DNA of 48,034 bases from the IMG/VR virus record IMGVR_UViG_3300045012_000037, positions 1 to 48,034 of that record. One strand, written 5' to 3'. The notes under the pieces are model-generated. The model had not been told where the DNA came from. It saw only the letters and a list, made by a program, of their open reading frames with translations, and did no database searches. This document shows, piece by piece, positions 15,670 through 24,469 of this stretch; the stretch's first letter is position 1; each line of letters opens with the position of its first letter. The position numbers and the translations under genes were made by a program. The stretch comes from a virus.

Positions 15670-18593
15670 TAGATTGTACTTTCTAATCCAGCCTCATGAA
15701 TGACGATCGGTCCCGGCGTATCTTTGATAATCGAGACGCGAGGATCGAATGAGCGACCCAGCGGGCGTGTCCGCTGGGCTTCCTCTCGCAAGGGCGGCGG
15801 CTGTGTCGGATCATCGCCCTGGTTCCAGGCTGTCCACCGTCGAAAGTTCATGATGGTTCCTAACACTGGCGATCTCGGCCGAAGCGGCCCTGAGAATAAG
15901 CGCGCCATCAGGAAGCCGGTTGAATTGGAAACATAGACGGCAAAACGCGCCACCCGGCGCGGAAACATGCGTTGATGCACGCTCTGGCCAGGTTGAGCAT
16001 CTGGCACGAACGGCTCGAGCGTCGCCGTCCAAGGCTGACCGGCAACCAGTGTCGAGAGCGTCAGGTTCTCGCCGTCGTTATTCTGCGGAATGATGAAGCC
16101 GTTGGCATCGACACTGTACGTGCCCATCATACGGTAGCCCTGATCCATCAGCGTCACGGTGCTGCTTGGGCCAGGAAATACATAGAGCGGACCTTTGCCG
16201 CCTGGCGGCGCAAACGGCGCCGGCAGACTGTTCACCAAAAGCGCACTATCGAGATATTGTGTAGCATCTAGCTTCTCGACAACGCTGGTTCCGACGAGTG
16301 TAGCAGTCGGGTTTATCGTGACAGCAGCGCCGGCCGTACCAAGAGCACCGAGCCATGTCAGTTGATCGCCGTTGGTATTGGGACCGGGAGCATTGGTAGA
16401 TGTCCAAAAATTAATGCCCCCTACGCCAGTAAACGGATTGGCGGTAGGCGATCCATTCCACAATCCACCATTAACCTGAAACCAGGCCAGCGCATTTGTT
16501 GCGTCGAACACCACGCCAATGACAGCCGATGAGGTTGAGCCAAGATTAATACCTGTATCAGTAGCAACCGCAAGCAGCACCCAAATTTCTCCGGTGCCGT
16601 CGATGGCAATTCCATTCTTTCCCGAGGTAAGATCAATGACTACTATGCCATCGCCGGCGCCGGTAGCGAGGTTAACCGGCGCAGAGAAGTTGGCATTAGT
16701 TGTAAACGTAAGAAAATAAATCCCGTTAGTGTGGCTAATGGTAGTGATGCTCCCCGCCAGCGGATATCCGGTTCTGGTTATAGTGAGATTTCCGTTTGAA
16801 TAGGCGGTAGTCGATGTGAGGATAGCCGGATTCCAGGTTCCTCCCCACGAAGTATTGATTTGGCCGCCGTAACCCGTTGTAAAAATAACGTCACCACCCT
16901 GCGCAGAAACCCACGTCGGCTTGCCGACGCCATTCCAGGGTAGCCAGCCGATCTTGGGCTTACCATCAACTCCAACATCAAGTAGGCCGTTGCGGACCGC
17001 ATATTTGCCGATAATACAGTTTCCATTGGCCAACAAAATGTAGGCATACATTTCCTCGAACTGCCCCGGCGCGCTCGGCGCCGCAATAGCAATCGCGGGC
17101 GAGGCCGTGAACAGATGCGAGTGAAATTCCGATACGTTGTCGACAATGTAGGGTCGATAATACGCGCCCGGTGCCTGTACCGCGCCGACCTGCGTGCCGC
17201 CGGCCTTCATGTAGAGAATCGATTGCTGCGCCGGCTGCGGCCGCACGTTCGGCATGCTGCCTTGTTCGCTCAATAGATTAAACGCGACAGAGCCGGGCAC
17301 TAGCGGATTGGCTGGCGTGATCGGAATGTAATAGACGGCGTTGTCGCAGAAAACAAACTCAGATGATTCCATGCCGGGCTGCACAAACAGCACTTGCGAT
17401 TTGCCGGGCGCGAGTTCAAAGATCGCATTGGCAGGCAGCGCGGCAACGTAGAAATCGAGGAATAGCCCGATTGCCGACCATCCAATGCCGGACGGCACGG
17501 ACGGAAAGTTGTTTAATATAAGCCGGTTTTGATCGAAGGACACCGATGTCGGATAGCCACGAAACAGGTTCATTACCTCGTCGTCCCACAACGACACCGC
17601 AAACGGGCCGCCGGGTGGATTGCTCGTAAGAGTGATCGCATAACTCGGCCCGACTGCAACCTCATTTGCCGCAAATGCGATAACGTGGCCTCCGTCGTTT
17701 TGAATCAATTGCACATCTATGCCGGTGCCCCCGCCGACAAGGGCGGTTACAATTCCTTCTGCGCCGCTCGTTTCGCCGATGATCACATCGCCGACGCTGA
17801 CGACGCCGGTTACATTGGCTGCCACGCCCAATGCTTGACCGGGATAAAGCGGCTCCTCGACTGTCGCGGTGCCATATTGCGACGGGCCGGCTGTTGGTGT
17901 GGTAAAATTAGATAACGTAACCGCGGTAATCAAAATCTGCCGATTGATGAATCGCATTCTTGTGCCGATCATGCCAGAGACCAGAACCGGCGATGAAAAC
18001 GTAATGTCGATGTTTCCCGACGTGGCGCTCGGCAGCATGGTGATGTTCTGCGGCGAGATGCGATAGAACAGCGTGCGCTTCTGGCCGCCTGGCGTGATAG
18101 TTTCGGCGAAGGTCGTCAGCGTCCACGTCGAAGTTTGCGATACGCCGTCCCAAGCCAAAACTTGCGGCACATTCACCGGGGCATCGTCGCCGTAGCAGAT
18201 ATAGATTGCACGTTGCGAGCCGGCGGCAACGACAAAGGTGACGTTCTTGACCGTTGCCGTCGTCCACGGAATATTGGTCGAGCCATCGCCTTTGAGCGTC
18301 GAGGTAAAAACCTGCGTGCCGGCGGCGTTGTAAACGCTCAATGAGCCGGCGCCAAATACCAGAAAGAAGATATTGCCCGGCGACATTAGGACTTCTTCGA
18401 CGCGGCCGGCTGCGGGGAATAGCGCGCTGCGGCCCGGTCGATTGGTTGCGGCACCACTATTGAGAATGCGCCAGTTGGAAGCCTGCCGCGCGCCGATCTT
18501 CATCAGCGGGTTTTCGTCGGCACGCTTCATCGCCACATCGAGCTCGCCGCCCGAAAAGTCTCGCTGTGCGCCGGTGATCTTCGCAATTGCCAT
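15669..18593 (-). CDS. tail tubular protein B (T7 gp12-like nozzle) with internal SPRY-like insertion
   Basis: N-terminus ...FSGGELD...GARQASNWRILNSGAATNRPG parallels T7 gp12 (KGGISQQP...QVNGW...GLQKRPP). 974 aa. The insertion contains YSNGNLTITR...ALAWFQVNGGLWNG. Confidence 0.75.
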   Translation of the reverse strand: MAIAKITGAQRDFSGGELDVAMKRADENPLMKIGARQASNWRILNSGAATNRPGRSALFPAAGRVEEVLMSPGNIFFLVFGAGSLSVYNAAGTQVFTSTLKGDGSTNIPWTTATVKNVTFVVAAGSQRAIYICYGDDAPVNVPQVLAWDGVSQTSTWTLTTFAETITPGGQKRTLFYRISPQNITMLPSATSGNIDITFSSPVLVSGMIGTRMRFINRQILITAVTLSNFTTPTAGPSQYGTATVEEPLYPGQALGVAANVTGVVSVGDVIIGETSGAEGIVTALVGGGTGIDVQLIQNDGGHVIAFAANEVAVGPSYAITLTSNPPGGPFAVSLWDDEVMNLFRGYPTSVSFDQNRLILNNFPSVPSGIGWSAIGLFLDFYVAALPANAIFELAPGKSQVLFVQPGMESSEFVFCDNAVYYIPITPANPLVPGSVAFNLLSEQGSMPNVRPQPAQQSILYMKAGGTQVGAVQAPGAYYRPYIVDNVSEFHSHLFTASPAIAIAAPSAPGQFEEMYAYILLANGNCIIGKYAVRNGLLDVGVDGKPKIGWLPWNGVGKPTWVSAQGGDVIFTTGYGGQINTSWGGTWNPAILTSTTAYSNGNLTITRTGYPLAGSITTISHTNGIYFLTFTTNANFSAPVNLATGAGDGIVVIDLTSGKNGIAIDGTGEIWVLLAVATDTGINLGSTSSAVIGVVFDATNALAWFQVNGGLWNGSPTANPFTGVGGINFWTSTNAPGPNTNGDQLTWLGALGTAGAAVTINPTATLVGTSVVEKLDATQYLDSALLVNSLPAPFAPPGGKGPLYVFPGPSSTVTLMDQGYRMMGTYSVDANGFIIPQNNDGENLTLSTLVAGQPWTATLEPFVPDAQPGQSVHQRMFPRRVARFAVYVSNSTGFLMARLFSGPLRPRSPVLGTIMNFRRWTAWNQGDDPTQPPPLREEAQRTRPLGRSFDPRVSIIKDTPGPIVIHEAGLESTI

Positions 18594-18602
18594 GGGCTAT
18601 GC

Positions 18603-19349
18603 CTAGCCCGGAGGACCGCCTGGGCCGCCCCAACCGCCGATACCTGTCCGCGGCCATGGGCGGCGTATCAGGCGGGACGCGCTGATGCGCGGGTTGAAGA
18701 ACTGCCGTTTGGGCAATTGCTGGTCGTAGCGCGTGCGGGCCATTTGCAGCATGCGCTCGCCGGCCATCCACATCTTGTCGCCTTCGGCCGGATCCTCGTG
18801 CAGCCCGCGATAGATGCCGGACATGGTAAAGGACTGCAGGGCAAGGAGCAGCGTCGGCGTGCCGTTGGTGGAGTCGCACAGCGCCCCGGAATTGGAGATG
18901 TATTTGAGCGTGATGGCGGCCGGGATGGTCGGCGGGACGGTCACGGGCGGCGGGGGCGGGCCGCCAAGCGCATTGACCACAATCACAGGGCCGGTCGGCG
19001 TCCCCATGATACGGTAGAGCGTGAACTGATTGGTCTGGACGTTCTGCGGGTCCGTCGTATCCTGATTGATCTTGAGCCAGATGATATGCACGCAGTCGGC
19101 CGGGATTGGATAGGCTGTGTCGTAATCGGTATCCTGCGGCGGGGTCGGGCTCGGCTGCAGCGTCACAACCAGGGCGGCATAGCCCCAGCCGTGGCTTTCC
19201 ATGGCGAAGCCGAGGCCGCGGTCATAGGCCGGCGAGGCTACGTTCCACTCGTCCGAACCGTCATCGGCCACGTTGACGAAGTTGTCCCCGGTTGCAGCCA
19301 GGGCAGAGTTAATCAGGCTCAGCTTGTCGAGTGGCGCCGGGAATGCCAT
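18603..19349 (-). CDS. tail tubular protein A (T7 gp11-like adaptor)
   Basis: Directly upstream of the gp12-like gene. INSALAATGDNFVNVA parallels T7 gp11 NEMLSAVGESPVNTL. Confidence 0.65.
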   Translation of the reverse strand: MAFPAPLDKLSLINSALAATGDNFVNVADDGSDEWNVASPAYDRGLGFAMESHGWGYAALVVTLQPSPTPPQDTDYDTAYPIPADCVHIIWLKINQDTTDPQNVQTNQFTLYRIMGTPTGPVIVVNALGGPPPPPVTVPPTIPAAITLKYISNSGALCDSTNGTPTLLLALQSFTMSGIYRGLHEDPAEGDKMWMAGERMLQMARTRYDQQLPKRQFFNPRISASRLIRRPWPRTGIGGWGGPGGPPG

Positions 19350-19376
19350 GCTCGACGGTGCGCTGGGGTCGCCAAA

Positions 19377-19393
19377 GCGCGCAACGCACGGTC
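19377..19393. promoter_or_regulatory. conserved late-arm motif copy 2 (GCGCGCAACGCACGGTC)
   Basis: In the 58-bp divergent spacer between tubular A (ATG 19349) and the methyltransferase moron (ATG 19408). Confidence 0.6.
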
Positions 19394-19407
19394 AGGAAAG
19401 CCGCCAA

Positions 19408-20064
19408 ATGCTCAGAAGCGCCCTCAAAGCGATGATTCCCGAGCCCGTTCTAACGAAATTACGGAACGTCAAACTAGCATTCACGCCACATGATAAAATC
19501 TATAATGAACACTATTTTGAAGAAGAAGTTATAGATACCTCAAGTATCGGAGCGCCCATTATGTCCAGCACGCTCTACGATTGGAGGCGCCCAAAAACGG
19601 TCATCGACATTGGATGCGGAAGCGGGGCACTACTCGCTGCATTTCGCGAATTAGGCTGCGAGGTAGAGGGCTTTGAATACGCCAACGTAGGACTAGCCTA
19701 TTGCCGAGGTCGGAAAATACCCACGGAGAAATTCGACATTTCTGTCGATAGATTTCCTCAACGTCGAGCTGACCTGGTTGTAAGTTTCGAGGTTGCCGAA
19801 CACTTGGCGCCACGATACGCAGACCGATACGTTGAGCTGCTTTGTTCGATGTCAGCGGATATTGCCATGTCTGCTGCAACGCCAGGACAAGGCGGTACTG
19901 GGCATATCAACGAGCAGCCGCATTCATATTGGATCGAGAAGTTCAGGCAACGCGGCTACTTTTTCCTAGCCGATATTTCGCAGAAATTATCCCAGGAATG
20001 GTGCGACGCTAACATTGCATCGTGGTACTGCAATAACGTGATGGTCTTTTCTCCGCGATCTTAA
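19408..20064 (+). CDS. class I SAM-dependent methyltransferase (non-DNA type), opposite-strand moron
   Basis: Motif I VIDIGCGSGALLAAFRELGCEVEGFEY, then VVSFEVAEHL and GHINEQPHSYWIEKFRQRGY. GGAAAG lies 7 nt before ATG 19408. The track start at 19273 would overlap the tubular A gene. AT-richer than its surroundings. Confidence 0.75.
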   Translation: MLRSALKAMIPEPVLTKLRNVKLAFTPHDKIYNEHYFEEEVIDTSSIGAPIMSSTLYDWRRPKTVIDIGCGSGALLAAFRELGCEVEGFEYANVGLAYCRGRKIPTEKFDISVDRFPQRRADLVVSFEVAEHLAPRYADRYVELLCSMSADIAMSAATPGQGGTGHINEQPHSYWIEKFRQRGYFFLADISQKLSQEWCDANIASWYCNNVMVFSPRS

Positions 20065-22907
20065 GGTATGACCTCGATAATAAGTTGGTCAGCGGCAATC
20101 GAGAGCGGCACGGAGCTTACGCTCGAATAGGTATTGATGGGCGTACTCTGCACTTGCGGATCATACACATTCACAGTGGTCTCGGTGGCAGCTAACGTCA
20201 GGGTAGCCGAAGTGGTCGGCGGCGTCACGTCAGAGCCATTCCACACGCTGGGTTCGTTCCAGACGCAAATGAAAAAATGGCCGTTGGACTTCTGCAGCAA
20301 AAGAGCCTGAGCGCCGAAATTGTTAAGCGCATTTGAGTGCGCCGGGAATGGAGAGATAGAATAAGTAAGCGAGCCGGGCGTGAACGCGCCACCAGTATCG
20401 GTCAGAATGGTCACTAGGTTCTTGATCGAGGTCGCGGCAGTCTTGGGATTATTATTATAATCAAACAGCCCGTAGTGGTGGAAAGATACAGTATCTGAGC
20501 TGTTGGCTTCATCGATCAGCTCGTACATATAAGTATATTTCGACCCGACAACGACATACATATCGAACAGGTCGTTCAATTGCAGCAGTGATTGCGCCAG
20601 TTGCGAAATGCCGCCTGTGGCGGGCACCGTGTAATAACCAGTCTCGGTCACTGCTTGCGGCAGACCGGCAATATCGCTTGCGGGGCCGGCGACCCAACCC
20701 GGCTGCTCGCCCTGATTGGGGTAGTAATGCTGATTGTTGTAGTCGGCAGTACCGGTGACACCGTATGATGGAAAGTCGGTGAAGTTAATCACCGGGACGC
20801 CGGTCAGATGCGAGTCACCATGGGTCTTGTTATAAATGTCCTGCTGCCAAGCGATAGCGGGCGCTGGATTGTTGTAGAAAGCTATGAATCGCGTCGCATC
20901 GCCGTTGCCAACGCCGGCCCCCTGGACGTTCGACGCCATCGTGACAGAGGTTGAGGCGATGGTGCTTAAGGTGGTGACCGGCGCGATCGGAAACACTGCG
21001 CCAGAGGTCAGCACCACGGCGTCAGCAATCCCCGCCTGCGCTGTGCCGACCGTGTTTGGCCCCAACGGAACCGAAAGGCTGCTTTGTGTGCTGGTAAACG
21101 GTTGAATCTCGACCAGATCGCCATCGTTGCCCCAGAGATTAGAGACAAAATCGCCTGTCACACCAGCAATGGTGCCAGCAACGGACACGAAGTTCTGAGC
21201 AGCCTGTGAACTATTGTTGCCCGTCTGCCGATAGCACCCGATGACAACCGTATTGGCGTGGGTCGTCGTAATCGTCAGCGGATCGGAAGTGCCGGTAACT
21301 GCACTGCCGTCGAAAGCGCCCGTGCTTCCGATCACACCGAAAGCATCAATGACCAGTGACGCGCTCGAAGTCTGCGAAACCGTAATGGTATCAGTTCGTG
21401 GATAGGAGCCACCGACTGGTCCCGTCGCGGTCCATTCCTCAAGATCGGTTGCTCCCGATGACGCGCTGGCCCGCTTTGCCCAACTTAAACTCTGGGTGTC
21501 CGTAATAGTAGTGACGGGTCCGCCGCTCGCCGCTGTGCAGATCAGCAATTTTTCGGCACTATTGTTGATCGTAAGTACAACATTCTGCGATGTAGCAGGA
21601 GAGGACGCCGCAGCGTGAGCATTGCCGGAATCAATGATAGTCGGTAGCAGCGTCAGGTCAGAGACTATTACCTGATTGACAAAGAATGGCGCATAAGACT
21701 GACAGCACGCATTGATCGCTTGCAACGCCGGAAGCGTCGAGGCGTAGTGCAGGGTAGCATTGCCAGAGGCAGTTGTGTTGTTCGTGACCGGCGAATTGAC
21801 GTAGCAGGACGGATTGTTGTTCAGCTCGTTGATGCCTTCGGCCGACGCCATCGCGCCGGGGTAAGTCGTAACAAAGGTGTCAATCAAGCCGTAAAGCGTA
21901 GTCAGTGTCGCAGCCGGACTTGGTGAGCAACCGCCAACGTGCTGTGATGCGATGTCAAAATCGAACTTATATCCCGCCGCCGCCAGGGTGTTGTAAACTG
22001 ACTGAGCTGGGTTGAGTGTGTCCAACCCATAGTCTCGGATCAGGCCGATCCCGAGATAGGCCATATCGGTCTGTATATTCGCTTCCGTGTAGATTGGATT
22101 GCCCTGAGTGATGTGCGTATTTGCACCCAGAGAAGCAATGAATGGCTGTGCCTTGACGGCGTTCGGATTGAATACATAAGGCTGATTGCCGCCGCCGTTG
22201 CCGGGGTTGGTCCAATTGGCAAACCCCGATGGAGCAACATCGGCATATGCCGTTGCGCCAAAATTTGCTGTTAATTGAACGCCCGAGATATTGTGAACGG
22301 AGGCCATGACAAAATATGGCCCGGCATTAAGTGCCGCAATCGACACGCCACACCCTGCATTAGCCGGCGTACAACCGCCCGTATTATTCCAGTTACCGCC
22401 ATGAACGCGAAACCATGCCAGCTTGTTAGTCAGGTCAACAGCCAGACCGGCCGTTTGACCGACCGTCATGGTCTGCTGCGCAGGGCCAACTTGAGCAGAA
22501 TTAAGAACGATACCACCACTATCGTACTCGCCAATACTGTTGTTTGAATCAACGCCCAATTCCTCGGCGGCATTGGCATTGCCGATACCAAAAATGACCT
22601 GACTAGTGCAACCGGAGACGCAACTGCCAATCGAGTTAAAGGTGAATTCGTTGTAGAACTGTCCTGTTAAGTTATTTGCCACCGAGCGGGTGACAAAATA
22701 TCCGGGGTTGCCGCTGCCTAGTGACGTTGAAGTAAGATTTCCGTTGGAAAGAACTGTCAGCGGGTCAGTTTGGCTAGGATCGAAGGTTGTTGTTACTGTG
22801 CCACTGGGTATTTTGCCGTGATCCCAGCCACACAGAAGGACCAGTGCAATGGAACCGATTGCGATATTTTTGCTTAACAAGCGGCCGGAGTGGAATGGAA
22901 ATATCAC
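20061..22907 (-). CDS. large exported/anchored protein: SPRY-like lectin domain plus possible TIM-barrel glycosidase region plus beta-rich C-terminus
   Basis: GTGA start/stop overlap at 22904-22907. N-terminus MIFPFHSGRLLSKNIAIGSIALVLLCG. SPRY pattern LSNGNLTSTS...GQFYNEFTF...LAVDLTNKLAWFRVHGGNWNN...LTANFGATAY. The later AEGINELNN is a clan GH-A-like NE motif (weak). Confidence 0.75.
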   Translation of the reverse strand: MIFPFHSGRLLSKNIAIGSIALVLLCGWDHGKIPSGTVTTTFDPSQTDPLTVLSNGNLTSTSLGSGNPGYFVTRSVANNLTGQFYNEFTFNSIGSCVSGCTSQVIFGIGNANAAEELGVDSNNSIGEYDSGGIVLNSAQVGPAQQTMTVGQTAGLAVDLTNKLAWFRVHGGNWNNTGGCTPANAGCGVSIAALNAGPYFVMASVHNISGVQLTANFGATAYADVAPSGFANWTNPGNGGGNQPYVFNPNAVKAQPFIASLGANTHITQGNPIYTEANIQTDMAYLGIGLIRDYGLDTLNPAQSVYNTLAAAGYKFDFDIASQHVGGCSPSPAATLTTLYGLIDTFVTTYPGAMASAEGINELNNNPSCYVNSPVTNNTTASGNATLHYASTLPALQAINACCQSYAPFFVNQVIVSDLTLLPTIIDSGNAHAAASSPATSQNVVLTINNSAEKLLICTAASGGPVTTITDTQSLSWAKRASASSGATDLEEWTATGPVGGSYPRTDTITVSQTSSASLVIDAFGVIGSTGAFDGSAVTGTSDPLTITTTHANTVVIGCYRQTGNNSSQAAQNFVSVAGTIAGVTGDFVSNLWGNDGDLVEIQPFTSTQSSLSVPLGPNTVGTAQAGIADAVVLTSGAVFPIAPVTTLSTIASTSVTMASNVQGAGVGNGDATRFIAFYNNPAPAIAWQQDIYNKTHGDSHLTGVPVINFTDFPSYGVTGTADYNNQHYYPNQGEQPGWVAGPASDIAGLPQAVTETGYYTVPATGGISQLAQSLLQLNDLFDMYVVVGSKYTYMYELIDEANSSDTVSFHHYGLFDYNNNPKTAATSIKNLVTILTDTGGAFTPGSLTYSISPFPAHSNALNNFGAQALLLQKSNGHFFICVWNEPSVWNGSDVTPPTTSATLTLAATETTVNVYDPQVQSTPINTYSSVSSVPLSIAADQLIIEVIP

Positions 22908-23779
22908 GTCCACACTCCGATGTAGTCCCATGATACGGGAATGCCGTCTCCTGGTGACATTATCAACATACTATGATTCGCGTCTGATGCCGCCCCATTG
23001 CTGCCAGTCGCATAGCTAAGAGCAGCGCCGGTCTGTTCCGCCCCATCGAGGTAACGCTTTATAACGCCATTCGTGGCGCCATTGGCCGGCAACCAGAGCG
23101 CTCCATACTTGTGAAAATTTGAATCTGAAATTCCGGTAATATTCCCGTTATTAAGCACCGAGGTCGTTGCCGAATTGAAAAAATGATCCTCCATTATTTG
23201 CGACTGACCTAGGTAATATTCATAACCATCGACCTCAACTAGAGAGGCGGCTCCGATTAAACTTTCGATCGCCAATAGCCACACGATAGGCCACGCAGAA
23301 GCGTCGGCATTGCTCGGCGTAAATGCCATACTCCATTCGACATACATCGGCGGCGTAAAGCCTTGTCCGACGTAAGACGATCCCGCGGCCTGGGCCGTCT
23401 GGACAAACAATTCGGATGTCGCACCAGTGCTATTGCTTAATGTAACTACCGAGTTGCTGACGCTTATGCTTGCTGGATTAGTGCTATGACCGGAAGTTGG
23501 AATTAGCGGCGCGGACCCCCCGTACGGATTCATTATATTCGGCCATGCATTATTCAGATACCAGTTGTAGCCCGGGTTGCCGGTCTTGCTTAGATCAAAG
23601 GTATTGCTCGTCAAAAAGTGGTCGAAAAACACGATTGTGGATAACCCGTTAGCTGCGGCAATGGCTGGGATCGGAAGAATGCCATGTGAAAATGCATTTG
23701 CTGGGCTCACACCGCTACGAGGCAACCACAATGCGGGAGCGGCCAAACTCGCACGAAGAAGATTTCTTCGAGTGATCAC
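22904..23779 (-). CDS. GH16-like (ConA-fold) glycoside hydrolase with twin-arginine signal peptide
   Basis: GTG start abutting the upstream stop. Signal MITRRNLLRASLAAPALWLPRSGVSPANA/F. WPIVWLL and EVDGYE match the GH16 WPAFWxL and ExDxxE signatures. Confidence 0.7.
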   Translation of the reverse strand: MITRRNLLRASLAAPALWLPRSGVSPANAFSHGILPIPAIAAANGLSTIVFFDHFLTSNTFDLSKTGNPGYNWYLNNAWPNIMNPYGGSAPLIPTSGHSTNPASISVSNSVVTLSNSTGATSELFVQTAQAAGSSYVGQGFTPPMYVEWSMAFTPSNADASAWPIVWLLAIESLIGAASLVEVDGYEYYLGQSQIMEDHFFNSATTSVLNNGNITGISDSNFHKYGALWLPANGATNGVIKRYLDGAEQTGAALSYATGSNGAASDANHSMLIMSPGDGIPVSWDYIGVWT

Positions 23780-24469
23780 TTACCAATTTCCAAATCCAGC
23801 GGGGGCTGCATAGGTATAAGAGGTTGCGCCAAAGTTTGCCGTTATGGAGGCGACGGCGTTGTGAATGCAGGCGGCGGCGAAATATGGGGCCGAGCCCGCA
23901 GAAGAAATTGATACGCCGCCGGCCCCCGTTGCCGGATTTGCTGTGCCGCTACCGTTCCAATTGCCGCCATTCTTTCTTATCCACACCAACCCTCCACCAA
24001 TATCGAGCGCCTGATCTATCACGTCGCCGTTGGTAAAAGTAGCATCAGTAAGGAGCGAGACGTTGTTGATGTATCCGTGTGAGTCGTCCCAATAGCCGAA
24101 ACCATTAATATCGACGCCGCCAAGAAACACATTAAGAGACTCTGATGAATTTACAAAACCAATGCCGTTGGAGTAAGAGGCAAAGCCGTTGCTGGTGTTA
24201 ATCAAAAAAGAAGCAAATAACTTTCCAGTAGAATGCGATGTGATAGAGCGAGAAAAACTATAGGTCCCAGAGCCGTTGGCTGTAATAGTTAAGTTTCCAC
24301 CAGACAGTGTAATGGTATTTCCAGTGTTGGACGGATCGAATGTCGTAGTACCGCCGCCGCCACTAGGCGCTACGATCGAACTGCCGACGCCGGTCTGCGT
24401 CAGGTCTTGTGCGTGCAGGACACACAGCAGCCCAACCAGAAACAGGCCAGCGGCAATCACCCGCTGCAT
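23780..24469 (-). CDS. secreted SPRY-like lectin-domain protein
   Basis: Signal MQRVIAAGLFLVGLLCVLHA/Q. LSGGNLTITANG...GKLFASFLIN...GLVWIRKNGGNWNGSGTANP...ITANFGATSYTYAAPAGFGNW, paralogous to the N-domain of 20061-22907. Confidence 0.75.
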   Translation of the reverse strand: MQRVIAAGLFLVGLLCVLHAQDLTQTGVGSSIVAPSGGGGTTTFDPSNTGNTITLSGGNLTITANGSGTYSFSRSITSHSTGKLFASFLINTSNGFASYSNGIGFVNSSESLNVFLGGVDINGFGYWDDSHGYINNVSLLTDATFTNGDVIDQALDIGGGLVWIRKNGGNWNGSGTANPATGAGGVSISSAGSAPYFAAACIHNAVASITANFGATSYTYAAPAGFGNW

